From an uncultured Anaerolineaceae bacterium (GTDB lineage: Bacteria > Chloroflexota > Limnocylindria > Limnocylindrales > CSP1-4): a DNA stretch of 64,000 bases. The notes beneath the pieces were generated by a model. That model did not search any database. It was not told the origin of the DNA and saw only the letters and a program-made list of their open reading frames with translations. Below are positions 1 to 8,482 of the stretch, one piece after another. The translations under genes were made by a program, and so were the position numbers. Positions within the stretch are counted from its first letter, which is position 1, and each line of letters opens with the position of its first letter. The stretch is taken from NCBI GenBank assembly GCA_964475245.1, contig CAYYVV010000002.1, positions 39,993 to 103,992 of the forward strand. The letters are read 5' to 3'.

Positions 1-291
1 GACCGGCGCCATCATCGTGTACTCGAGCGTTCCCTCCCAGCGCTCCCACGTGATCGTTTCGGCGATGAAGCTGAACACGACCGACAGGTAGTTCCAGAAG
101 GTCGCGCCGATCACGAGCGAGACGATGAGCTCCTGCGAGCCCTGCTCCTTGCCGATCAGCGTCACCGACAGCGACGCGGCCACGGCGTAGATCAGGAATC
201 CGAACTCCCAGCCCCAGTAGCGCTTGACCAGGTTGAAGTTACGTTCGATGAACGCGTAGCTGCCGCGCAGCTCGCGAGTCATAACGGCCAT
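1..291 (-). CDS. ABC-2 type transporter permease, N-terminal 97 codons (gene runs off the left edge)
   Basis: Own translation from ATG 291..289 on the minus strand gives MAVMTRELRGSYAFIERNFNLVKRYWGWEFGFLIYAVAASLSV... The frame stays open to position 1. The sequence is hydrophobic and lies on the same strand downstream of an ABC ATPase. It is absent from the ORF track because it is truncated. Confidence 0.6.
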   Translation of the reverse strand, partial: MAVMTRELRGSYAFIERNFNLVKRYWGWEFGFLIYAVAASLSVTLIGKEQGSQELIVSLVIGATFWNYLSVVFSFIAETITWERWEGTLEYTMMAPV

Positions 292-333
292 GTCAGGTCT
301 CCGAGTCAGGTGGTGGAGGTTCGGGCCCGCTCC

Positions 334-543
334 CTAACGGGAGCGGGCCCTTTCACTGAGGGGGTCGGCGGCCAGACGGCTGCCGACGTCGATCATCAGC
401 CGGCCCACGGCACGACTGACGTTGTGACTGACCCCGCGACGCGCCGGGTGCTGGACCGGCACGTTGCTGTGGCGCCGGACGCCGTGGCGCAACTCCTGGC
501 GACGCTGGCGCTGCATCTCTTGGTGGTACTGATAGCTCAACAT
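334..543 (-). CDS. small hypothetical protein (69 aa) between the ABC ATPase and the permease
   Basis: Internal Met of track ORF 334..828: MLSYQYHQEMQRQRRQELRHGVRRH...RAVGRLMIDVGSRLAADPL. GAGAGGAA lies upstream of the ATG. Third codon positions are mostly G/C. It fills the otherwise empty 270-nt gap between the two ABC genes. Confidence 0.4.
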   Translation of the reverse strand: MLSYQYHQEMQRQRRQELRHGVRRHSNVPVQHPARRGVSHNVSRAVGRLMIDVGSRLAADPLSERARSR

Positions 544-562
544 CTCTTGTTCCTCTCGTCCG

Positions 563-1474
563 TTATTCGTTGTCTTCTTCTTCCTCGACGTCGTCGTCGA
601 GGGATCGACCGGTAAAGCGCATGAACACGTCATGCAGACTGGCCAGCTGGTCGGCAGTGCTGATCTGCCGGCGCAGCTCCTCGGGCGTGCCCTCGACGAC
701 GACCCGGCCATCGGCCAGGATCGCGAGGCGGTTGCACAGCCGGTTCGCCTCTTCCATGTCGTGCGTCGTGAGCACGATCGTGGCGTCGTGCGTGGCCATG
801 ACCTCCTCGATGAACGCCTGCACGTCAAGCTTCGAGCGCGGGTCGAGACCCGTAGTCGGCTCGTCGAGCAGCAGCAGAGTCGGGCTGGTCAGCAGCGCCC
901 GCGCGATGGCGACCTTCTGCTGCATGCCCCGGCTCATCTGTTCCACGGGCCGGCTGAGCCGCGACTTGTTGACACCGAGGCGGGCCATGATCCGGACCGA
1001 CTCCTGCGCCGCCCACTTGGCATCCACGCCATACAGCCGAGCGGCGTACGAGAGGTTCTCGGCAGGCGAGAGCTTCTTGAAGAACGCCGCGTCGACGCTG
1101 ACGCGATTGATCAGTCGCTTGACTTCCATCTCACGCCTGGTGATGTCGAGGCCAAAGACCTCGACCCGCCCGGAGTCGATGGTCAGCAGCGTGCTGACGA
1201 GTCGAATGAGCGTTGACTTGCCGCTCCCGTTGGCCCCCAGGACGCCGTAGATCTCGCCGCGCTCGATGCGCATCGAAACGTCGTCGATGGCGACGACCGG
1301 CTTCTTCTTCCGGCCCACGACGAACTTCTTCGTCACGTGGTCGATGACCAGCGCCGGGACCTGGGTGCTCGCCTCAGAACGCACCGCGCTCGGGTCGAGC
1401 TCGGGCTGTCGAGTCACGAGAGCCTGATCACGATCCGGCCTGTTTGCGGCCGGTCGTTCGAGCGTGACTGTCAT
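563..1474 (-). CDS. ABC transporter ATP-binding protein (ABC-2/DrrA-like exporter ATPase)
   Basis: Walker A GANGSGKST, ABC signature LSRGMQQKVAIARAL, Walker B LLLLDEPTTGLD and H-loop TTHDMEEA. AGGAG lies about 8 nt upstream of ATG 1474. Confidence 0.92.
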   Translation of the reverse strand: MTVTLERPAANRPDRDQALVTRQPELDPSAVRSEASTQVPALVIDHVTKKFVVGRKKKPVVAIDDVSMRIERGEIYGVLGANGSGKSTLIRLVSTLLTIDSGRVEVFGLDITRREMEVKRLINRVSVDAAFFKKLSPAENLSYAARLYGVDAKWAAQESVRIMARLGVNKSRLSRPVEQMSRGMQQKVAIARALLTSPTLLLLDEPTTGLDPRSKLDVQAFIEEVMATHDATIVLTTHDMEEANRLCNRLAILADGRVVVEGTPEELRRQISTADQLASLHDVFMRFTGRSLDDDVEEEEDNE

Positions 1475-1576
1475 AACGGTGCTCCTGCTTCATTGGCTTG
1501 GCTCCAACTGGACAGGGCCCCCGGATTCACGGCTTGCGGGGAGGGCTTCGATGTCCTCGTCATCTGCGAGAGGCAT

Positions 1577-1611
1577 CAAAAAAGCCGGGGGCCCGATCTG
1601 GCCCTCCGGCT
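1577..1611 (-). terminator. intrinsic terminator-like hairpin plus U6 (minus strand)
   Basis: Minus-strand RNA reads AGCCGG-A-GGGCC AGAUCG GGCCC CCGGCU UUUUUUG. This is a 10-bp GC stem with one bulge, followed by six to seven U. It lies about 100 nt upstream of the ABC ATPase start and about 220 nt downstream of the DUF2277 stop. Confidence 0.6.
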
Positions 1612-1833
1612 CCTTACGCTGTGGCTTTCGCCGGCGTCAGGTCAAAAAGGGCACAGATCTCCCGCTTGCCGGCGCGCCGAGAGGCGCGACGATCCGCAGC
1701 CGGGTAGCTGCGGTGCTGGCGAGGAAGTTGCTTGTCATCTGTGCTGAAACGACTCCTGTTGATTAGGCCGCACGGTCGGCGCGAGGCGGGATAGTAGCAC
1801 TCATTTTGCGTGCCGTCGCGGCGCGCGCGCGGG

Positions 1834-2031
1834 TCAGCTGCCGACAGCCTCGAGCAGGTGGCGCGATGCATGGGCGATCTCGTCGACCGCGGCGTTGAAG
1901 GCCTCCTCGTTCTTCTTCGAGGGCACGCGATAGCCGCTGATCTTGCGTACGAACTGGAGTGCGGCGGCGCGCACCTCCTCGTCCGTTGCTGACTGTTCCG
2001 GTCGGCGAAGGGTGATGATGCTGCGGCACAT
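1834..2031 (-). CDS. DUF2277-like small protein (65 aa)
   Basis: MCRSIITLRRPEQSATDEEVRAAALQFVRKISGYRVPSKKNEEAFNAAVDEIA... matches the pattern I recall for DUF2277 (MCRNI..L..PAT.EE..AAA.Q.VRK.SG). The track ORF (to 2121) was trimmed to the internal Met. Confidence 0.6.
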   Translation of the reverse strand: MCRSIITLRRPEQSATDEEVRAAALQFVRKISGYRVPSKKNEEAFNAAVDEIAHASRHLLEAVGS

Positions 2032-2181
2032 GCCCGGCAGCATACCAATGCCGATGGGCGCTTCGGTACTTCCAGAGGCCGACCGACGGGGTGGCCCTGG
2101 GCTATCCTGTCCGCAGGTCACCAGGAGTCTCGCGAGCGTGGTCGTCAGCCACGCTCCACTGCGGCACCTTCCCCACGGAGG

Positions 2182-3573
2182 GTGGACCGGCGAGAAGAGG
2201 GCTCGACGGCGAGGGCGCCGAATCGGCCGACTCCGCGGGCTTGCAGATCCCCCGGAGACCCTGCTTTGCTGGCGGCTTCAACGATCGGCGACTGGCGTCG
2301 TTTCGGCGACTCTCGCTTCCGCACGTACCACTACCTGGCCGTCGCCCAGGGAGTGGTCGCGGTGCTCGCCAGCTTCGATGTAATCATCCCCTTCGCATTG
2401 TCGATCGGCTGCCCGCCGTTTCTGGCCGTGCTCCTGGGCGCCATCCCGCTCGTCGGCGGCGTCGCCCAGCTGATCGTGCCGCGCCTGCTCGACCGAACCA
2501 ACGGCAACCTGCGCGGGGTGACCCTGTTCATCGCGCTCATCTCGGAGCCGCGCGGCCTGTGGTTGGCCGGTCTCGCCGCGCTCATCGCAAGCGGCGCCGT
2601 GACCGGTGCAGCCGCGCTCGTCGTCCTGATCGCGATCATCTCTCTGACCAGCATCCTGACCTCGATCGTTGGCGCGAACCTGTTGGCGTGGCATTCGGCC
2701 GTGCTGCCCGAGCCTGATCGCCGCCTCGTCGTGCCGCGCCTGCTGGCCGTATCGCTGTCGATCGGCGCGCTGCTCCTGCTGCCACTGGCCGCGGTTCTTG
2801 ACGGTCTCGTCCACGCCTTCGGCCCGCTCGCCTACGCACTGCCCTTCACTATTTCGGGCACTTTCGGCCTGATCGAGATCTACGTTCTGCGCCGGCTGCG
2901 TCATCCCGGACGAGTGATAGTTCCGCCGCGCGCGACGGCATCGCCCGCCGAGACGAGTCCGGAGCTGAGGCGCTTCCTGCGCGTCAGCACGATCAATGCC
3001 ACGGGCATGGGCCTTGGACCGTCGATGTCCGTGTTCATGATCTCCGTGCTCGGCATGACCGCCGGCTTCTCGGTCATGGTCTCGTCGATCGGCACGCTGA
3101 CCCAGGTCGTAGCGGCGGTCATCGCGGGCACGCGTCTCGAGCGCGGCTCGTCATCGCGCCTGCTGCGCTCGTCGTTCGGCATCCGCGCCCTGGCGATGAC
3201 CGCGCCGCTCTTCGTGCTGCCGGCGCCGGCCCTGGCGCCCGTGTTCCTGATCTCGTCGTCGATGCTCGGCGCTGTGGGCTTTGTATTCGGATCACTCGCC
3301 GCGAACGAGAAGATGTTCAGGCTGATCAGCGGTCCGGCCGTGATCCGTCAGCACGCCCGCTACCTCGCCTGGACCTCGGGCGCGATGACCGGAGGCCAGG
3401 TGGCGAGTGCGGCCGTCATCGCGGTGGCCGGGCCGTTCGGCTATCCCGCCTTCGGCTTGCTGTACACGGGCTCGGCCCTGCTGCGGGTCGTTGCCTATCG
3501 GCAGGCCGCACCCACTGTCATCACGGAACCGCCGACGGCGGCCGCGGAGGCTGGGGCCTCCTTGGCCGCTTAA
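2182..3573 (+). CDS. MFS-like polytopic membrane transporter
   Basis: 463-aa ORF with about 12 hydrophobic segments. A DWRRFGDSRFRTYHYLAVAQG-type N-terminus precedes TM1. The start codon (GTG 2182) is uncertain. Confidence 0.6.
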   Translation: MDRREEGSTARAPNRPTPRACRSPGDPALLAASTIGDWRRFGDSRFRTYHYLAVAQGVVAVLASFDVIIPFALSIGCPPFLAVLLGAIPLVGGVAQLIVPRLLDRTNGNLRGVTLFIALISEPRGLWLAGLAALIASGAVTGAAALVVLIAIISLTSILTSIVGANLLAWHSAVLPEPDRRLVVPRLLAVSLSIGALLLLPLAAVLDGLVHAFGPLAYALPFTISGTFGLIEIYVLRRLRHPGRVIVPPRATASPAETSPELRRFLRVSTINATGMGLGPSMSVFMISVLGMTAGFSVMVSSIGTLTQVVAAVIAGTRLERGSSSRLLRSSFGIRALAMTAPLFVLPAPALAPVFLISSSMLGAVGFVFGSLAANEKMFRLISGPAVIRQHARYLAWTSGAMTGGQVASAAVIAVAGPFGYPAFGLLYTGSALLRVVAYRQAAPTVITEPPTAAAEAGASLAA

Positions 3574-3619
3574 TCGCGGCCGCCCGATTCGCCCCCGGTA
3601 AAGCCCCCCGGGATAGCAA

Positions 3620-3651
3620 GAACGGCGGAGGCCCGCTGGCCTCCGCCGTTC
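3620..3651. terminator. bidirectional terminator hairpin between convergent genes
   Basis: Perfect 14-bp stem GAACGGCGGAGGCC / GGCCTCCGCCGTTC with loop CGCT. It sits between the MFS stop (3573) and the DoxX-like stop (3673), followed by a T-rich tail TCTCTATTT. Confidence 0.65.
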
Positions 3652-3672
3652 TCTATTTGGACTCCAAACCGA

Positions 3673-4542
3673 TCAGGCCGGCGGCGCCGCGGCCGGCGTG
3701 CTCGGCGCGCTCGGCGTATCTCCGCGGTGAAAGAGTGACCCGACGCGCCATGGCGTACCCAGCATGGGCAGCAGGTAGCGGTCGGCACCGTAGTAACCGG
3801 CCACGCGCCAGGCAAGCATGATGCCGATGGCGAACGTGAACAGGACGGGGTTCGAGGATGTCGATCCGGCGAGCAGGTAGGAGACGTTCATCAGCGCGCC
3901 GAAGAACGCGGCCAGGCCCGTCAGGATGCCGAAGATGAGGCCGATCCCGACGGCCATCTCACCGAACGTGATGAGCAGCGCGAACCAGCCCTGGGCATTG
4001 TTGTTGATGAGCAGGTTGAGGAAATCGCGATACCAGTCGTAGGTGATCGCGGCATGGCCGGTAGCAGGAATCGCGACCGCGCCCTGCCAGTACTTCAACA
4101 GCGAAGAACCGCCGTCAACCCAGCCCGTGCCGGTGAACTTGTCCCAGCCGGCGATGAAGAACGAATAGCCAACCAGGATGCGGATCGGCAGCCAGACCCA
4201 GCCGGCAGAGCGATTGCTGAACAGGAAGCGCGCAAACGGAGGTCCCTCGACCTCGACCGTTTCCGACCCGGGCGCGTTCCGAAAGTTCACGTACAGCGCG
4301 ATCACGAGCGCGATGAATGAGACCCAGAAGACCAATGTGACTAAAGTCCGGAAGTCGCCCGTCAGCCCGATGACCACCAGCAGGGCCAGACTGATCGCAG
4401 CGACTGCGCCCAGGACCCAGATGATCCAGCGCAGTGAGTTCATAGCCAGGTAATCCTCCATCTCTTCGTCGTCGCCCGCAGCTCGGGACAATCGGAATAG
4501 CGAGAGAGTGGCTGCTTTGCCAGCCCGCTCTGAGGGCCACAT
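3673..4542 (-). CDS. DoxX-family membrane protein with extra N-terminal TM helices
   Basis: The C-terminal two-thirds (WLPIRILVGYSFFIAGWDKF...GWFALLITFGEMAVGIGLIFGILTGLAAFFGALMN) looks like the DoxX/DoxD family. The start may be an internal Met (MEDYLAMNSLRW...). Confidence 0.6.
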   Translation of the reverse strand: MWPSERAGKAATLSLFRLSRAAGDDEEMEDYLAMNSLRWIIWVLGAVAAISLALLVVIGLTGDFRTLVTLVFWVSFIALVIALYVNFRNAPGSETVEVEGPPFARFLFSNRSAGWVWLPIRILVGYSFFIAGWDKFTGTGWVDGGSSLLKYWQGAVAIPATGHAAITYDWYRDFLNLLINNNAQGWFALLITFGEMAVGIGLIFGILTGLAAFFGALMNVSYLLAGSTSSNPVLFTFAIGIMLAWRVAGYYGADRYLLPMLGTPWRVGSLFHRGDTPSAPSTPAAAPPA

Positions 4543-4620
4543 GGCCTGTTGTTCGCCCCGCCAAACGGTCCCTCAGGAGTGACGGTCGAACACCGATTGT
4601 AGGTGTCGCGGCAACGAGAA

Positions 4621-4653
4621 AGGCGCCGATCCGCATTCGGCGGATCGGCGCCT
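4621..4653 (-). terminator. intrinsic terminator-like hairpin after the 66-aa ORF
   Basis: Perfect 14-bp stem AGGCGCCGATCCGC / GCGGATCGGCGCCT with a 5-nt loop. On the minus-strand RNA it is followed by UUCUCGUUG. It lies 28 nt downstream of the stop at 4681. Confidence 0.6.
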
Positions 4654-4680
4654 GTCCCAGCGCTGATGAAATAGGCTCGT

Positions 4681-4881
4681 CTAGCGCGACGGGCCGCGTA
4701 CCTCGAGCAGGTGCGCCTTCCAGCCGTCAGGCGCCGAGTCCAAGCTGCTGCCCTGCCAACCGCACGTGCACGTGACCAGCTGCTCACGGTGCTGATAGCG
4801 ATCAATCAGGTGCTTGAACGGTTCCGGCGGCGCGTCCTTGGGCACGGAGCGGCGCCAGACGGAAGAGCTTGACGTTGTCAC
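4681..4881 (-). CDS. small hypothetical protein (66 aa)
   Basis: The ORF has a non-shadow-like composition (MTTSSSSVWRRSVPKDAPPEPFKHLIDRYQHREQLVTCTCGWQG...) and its own downstream hairpin terminator. I recognise no family. Confidence 0.45.
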   Translation of the reverse strand: MTTSSSSVWRRSVPKDAPPEPFKHLIDRYQHREQLVTCTCGWQGSSLDSAPDGWKAHLLEVRGPSR

Positions 4882-5108
4882 GCGTTATCGACCTCTCGTG
4901 AAATCTCTACCCGAGTCGGTGATCCCCTTGTCGACGTCTCCGGGCGGCGACCCACAGCCAATGAAGAACCAGGGTCGCTGCGCTCGTTGGGCTGTTGAGG
5001 TGACGACCAGACTGCCTCGGGAAAGTGCCCCAATATTCTAATCGATCTCGACCAAACCGGCCAGTTCCCAGGGGCGAGGCCGTGAACGAGGCCGTGAGCG
5101 CGCGACCT

Positions 5109-5816
5109 TCAACCGGGAGCGGTACCTGTCCTAGCGGCCGGCGCAGCATTGAGCTCATGAGCGAGCCCGTCGCCGGTGCTCCACTCCGCCGGATACTGCT
5201 CCTTGAGGCGCCGCCTTTCGTCGAGCAGCACGAGCCGGCTGGGCCAGCGCCAATCGGCGCGCCGCTCGCCGGCAGCGATGGTTTCCACGCTCTCGGCGAC
5301 AAACGCGGCGTAGCGCGCGACGGGCGACATGGCGGCGAGCCGTTGCTCGAGAGTCGCGCGTGGGTCGGCCGCGGCGCGCAGGCGGCCCAGGTAGGCGTAG
5401 ATCTCCTGTGAGCCGAGCTCCCAATCCTGTGAGTGACCCCCGCGGGCCAGGATCGGTGCTTCTGAGCTGAACACGGCGACCTTGACGTCTTGGACGCGGT
5501 CGACTTCGAGCTTGCCTCCGAATGAGACGAACTCGTTCGACACGTTCAGGCGATCGACCACTCGGATCAGGCCCCACGAGAAGTCCTGCGTGTCCGCTGC
5601 GTGTGACGGCCAATCGAGAGAGGCGGCCATGCCTCGCCCGCCGAGGTTGGTCCAGTAGTCCACCCGCTCAGGATCGAAATGGTCGAGCGTGGGTGCGGAG
5701 CGCAGCGCGACGAGCAGGTACGCGTGGCCGCGCGCGAACGGGGCGCCCGGAACGAGCAGAAAGCCGATTTCGTCGAGCAGCGAACGGGCAGCGACAGGAT
5801 CCATGACATCGAGCAT
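5109..5816 (-). CDS. hypothetical protein (235 aa)
   Basis: The composition is balanced and protein-like, not Arg/Pro/Gly-dominated. It is divergent from the P-type ATPase gene. I recognise no family. Confidence 0.6.
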   Translation of the reverse strand: MLDVMDPVAARSLLDEIGFLLVPGAPFARGHAYLLVALRSAPTLDHFDPERVDYWTNLGGRGMAASLDWPSHAADTQDFSWGLIRVVDRLNVSNEFVSFGGKLEVDRVQDVKVAVFSSEAPILARGGHSQDWELGSQEIYAYLGRLRAAADPRATLEQRLAAMSPVARYAAFVAESVETIAAGERRADWRWPSRLVLLDERRRLKEQYPAEWSTGDGLAHELNAAPAARTGTAPG

Positions 5817-5929
5817 GCGCTGAGCGTGCGCCGCTGTCCACAGGCGGCGAAGGGCCGGACGGACCCTTGTTGGCGCCCGCGCGCGATGAATGTGTCACGC
5901 CCGATCGCTCTTGGGGTTAGCGTTCGCGG

Positions 5930-8482
5930 GTGACAGTCACGGCATCGCCCTCACCCGGTGCCTCCGACGCGGTATGGACGCTCGATCCTGACGCGGCGCT
6001 GGCTGAGCTGGGCTCGCGCTCGGGCGGGCTGAGTCCGGCCGAGGCGGCCGCGCGCCTGGCCAGCTATGGGCCGAACACGATCGAGCGGCGCAAGCGCAGC
6101 GACACGTTCACGCTTCTCGCGCGCCAGTTCGCCAGCCCGATAATCCTGATCCTCGTCCTCGCCACGATCATCTCGGGCGTGCTCGGCGATGTGACCGACA
6201 CGGTCATCATCCTCGCCATCATCGGCCTGTCGGGGCTGCTCGGCTTCTGGCAGGAGCGTGGCGCAGCGCGCTCGGTCGAGGCCCTGCTCGCCGTCGTCGA
6301 GGTCAAGGCCGATGTCGTTCGCGACGGCGCGACGACCTCCGTGCCGCTCGAGGACGTCGTGCCGGGCGATATCGCCGTCCTCAACGCGGGCGACGTGATC
6401 CCGGGCGACTGCCTCGTGCTCGAGTCGACGTCGTTGCTCGTCGACGAAGCGGCGCTGACCGGCGAGACCTATCCGGTCGAGAAGAAGAGCGGCCAGATCG
6501 CGGCCAGCGCACCGGTGACACAGCGGACGAACGCGCTGTTCCTCGGCACGCACATTGTCAGCGGCTCAAGCCGGTCGCTGGTCGTGGCGACCGGACTCCA
6601 GACACAGTTTGGCCGCGTCTCGGCACGCCTCGCGCAACGCCCGGCGCCGACCGGCTTCGAGCGTGGCATGACCCAGTTCGGTTTCCTGCTCGTGCGGGCA
6701 ATGGTCGTGCTCGTTGGCGTGATCTTTGTTGCCAACATCATCCTGGCGCGGCCGTTCCTCGACTCTGCCCTCTTCGCGCTCGCGCTCGCGGTTGGGCTGA
6801 CCCCCCAGCTCCTGCCCGCAATCGTGACCATCAGCCTCTCGCAGGGTGCGCGGCTCATGGCGCGCAAGCGTGTCATCGTCAAGCGCCTCGAGGCGATCGA
6901 GGACTTCGGCGCGATGTCCGTGCTGTGTACCGACAAGACCGGCACGATGACCGTGGGCACGGTCGAGCTCCAGTCGGCCCTGAGCGTCGACGGCGCGCCG
7001 AGCGATGCGGTCAAACGGCTGGGCTATCTCAACGCCAAGCTCCAGACCGGCTTTGCCAACCCGATCGACCAGGCGATCGTGAAGGCCCTCCCGGCGAGCG
7101 AGGGCGAGGGCGCCACGAGAGTCGCGGAGCTGCCCTACGACTTCAGCCGCACGCGCCTGAGCGTCCTGGTCAAGGACGGCGCCACGACCCAGATGATCAC
7201 CAAGGGCGCGCTCGACTCAGTGCTTGGCGTGTGCACGCAGGTCCAGCTGCCGAGCGGCAAATCGGTGCCGATCGACAGCCAGCGGGCGCAGATCCAGGCG
7301 CAATTCACGAGCCTCAGCGCCCAGGGCTTCAGGGTGCTCGGAGTCGCGAGCAGGCAGATGCCGGGCGCGACGAGCCTGGCGCCGACCGACGAATCGAAGC
7401 TGTGCTTCGAGGGCCTGCTCACCTTCCTCGACCCGCCCAAGGAGAGCGCCCGGCAGACGATCGCCGACCTCGGCGCGAGCGGCATCTCCGTGCGCATGAT
7501 CACCGGCGACAACCACCTGGTCGCGGCTCACGTCGCGCAGCTCGTCGGCCTGGACGGGTCCGTCGTGCTGACCGGCGAACAGATCGGCGCGCTCGACGAT
7601 GCGACGCTCGCCACGCAGGCCGCCACGACGCAGGTCTTTGCCGAGATCGATCCCGTGGCCAAGGAACGCATCATTCGCGCCCTGCGCACCACGGGCAAGG
7701 TCGTCGGCTACATGGGCGACGGCATCAACGATGCCCCTGCGCTCCACGCGGCAGATGTCGGGATCAGCGTCGACAGCGCCGTCGACGTGGCCAAGCAGGC
7801 GGCGGCGATCGTGCTCCTGGACAAGGACCTGGGAGTGTTGCTCGACGGTGTTCGCCAGGGCCGGCGGACGTTCGCGAACACGATGAAGTACGTGTTCACG
7901 ACCACGAGCGCGAGCTTCGGCAACGTGCTGTCGATGGCCATTGCGTCGCTCGTGCTGCCGTTCCTGCCGCTGCTCGCCGGGCAGATCCTGCTGATCAACT
8001 TCCTGACCGACTTCCCGGCGACGACGATCGCGACCGACGAGGTCGACCCCGAGCAGCTCGAACGCCCGCACGACTGGAACATCGGCTTCGTGCGCACGTT
8101 CATGATCGTCTTCGGCTCACTGAGCTCGATCTTCGACCTGCTCACCTTCGTCGTTCTGCCTCACGCCACCGTCGCCGACGCAACCGCATTTCGCAGTGGC
8201 TGGTTCATCGAATCGGTCGCTACGGAGCTGGCCGTGCTGTTCGTCCTGCGCACCCGCCGCCCGTTCTTCCGCAGCAGGCCGAGCCTGCTCCTGCTCGGCG
8301 CAAGCGTTCTCCTCGGCCTGGTCACGCTGGCCATCCCGTACAGCCCGTTGGCCCCGCTGCTGGGTCTCGCGGGACCGCCTCTCGCGCTGCTTGGATCGCT
8401 CGCCTTGATAACCGTCGCGTACGTGATCGCCAACGAGATCGTGAAGGTGCCCTTCTACCGCCGCTTGACCGGAACGTTCTGA
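5930..8482 (+). CDS. cation-transporting P-type ATPase, MgtA-like (probable Mg2+ importer)
   Basis: Carries the DKTGTMT phosphorylation motif, LTGETYPVEK, MITGDN and GDGINDAPAL. The C-terminal membrane segment LPFLPLLAGQILLINFLTDF...DEVDPEQLERPHDWN resembles the MgtA-specific region. Confidence 0.9.
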   Translation: MTVTASPSPGASDAVWTLDPDAALAELGSRSGGLSPAEAAARLASYGPNTIERRKRSDTFTLLARQFASPIILILVLATIISGVLGDVTDTVIILAIIGLSGLLGFWQERGAARSVEALLAVVEVKADVVRDGATTSVPLEDVVPGDIAVLNAGDVIPGDCLVLESTSLLVDEAALTGETYPVEKKSGQIAASAPVTQRTNALFLGTHIVSGSSRSLVVATGLQTQFGRVSARLAQRPAPTGFERGMTQFGFLLVRAMVVLVGVIFVANIILARPFLDSALFALALAVGLTPQLLPAIVTISLSQGARLMARKRVIVKRLEAIEDFGAMSVLCTDKTGTMTVGTVELQSALSVDGAPSDAVKRLGYLNAKLQTGFANPIDQAIVKALPASEGEGATRVAELPYDFSRTRLSVLVKDGATTQMITKGALDSVLGVCTQVQLPSGKSVPIDSQRAQIQAQFTSLSAQGFRVLGVASRQMPGATSLAPTDESKLCFEGLLTFLDPPKESARQTIADLGASGISVRMITGDNHLVAAHVAQLVGLDGSVVLTGEQIGALDDATLATQAATTQVFAEIDPVAKERIIRALRTTGKVVGYMGDGINDAPALHAADVGISVDSAVDVAKQAAAIVLLDKDLGVLLDGVRQGRRTFANTMKYVFTTTSASFGNVLSMAIASLVLPFLPLLAGQILLINFLTDFPATTIATDEVDPEQLERPHDWNIGFVRTFMIVFGSLSSIFDLLTFVVLPHATVADATAFRSGWFIESVATELAVLFVLRTRRPFFRSRPSLLLLGASVLLGLVTLAIPYSPLAPLLGLAGPPLALLGSLALITVAYVIANEIVKVPFYRRLTGTF

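Noticed and set aside
1641-1670. Second U5-tailed element (GGCAAGCGGGAGAUCUGUGCCC-UUUUU on the minus strand) that might be a second terminator.
   Set aside because: Only a 4-bp GGCA/UGCC stem can form, which is too weak to call.
5817-5929. Possible Mg2+ (M-box) riboswitch upstream of the MgtA-like ATPase.
   Set aside because: Only about 113 nt are available, which is shorter than an M-box. I could not find the conserved M-box core helices or sequence.
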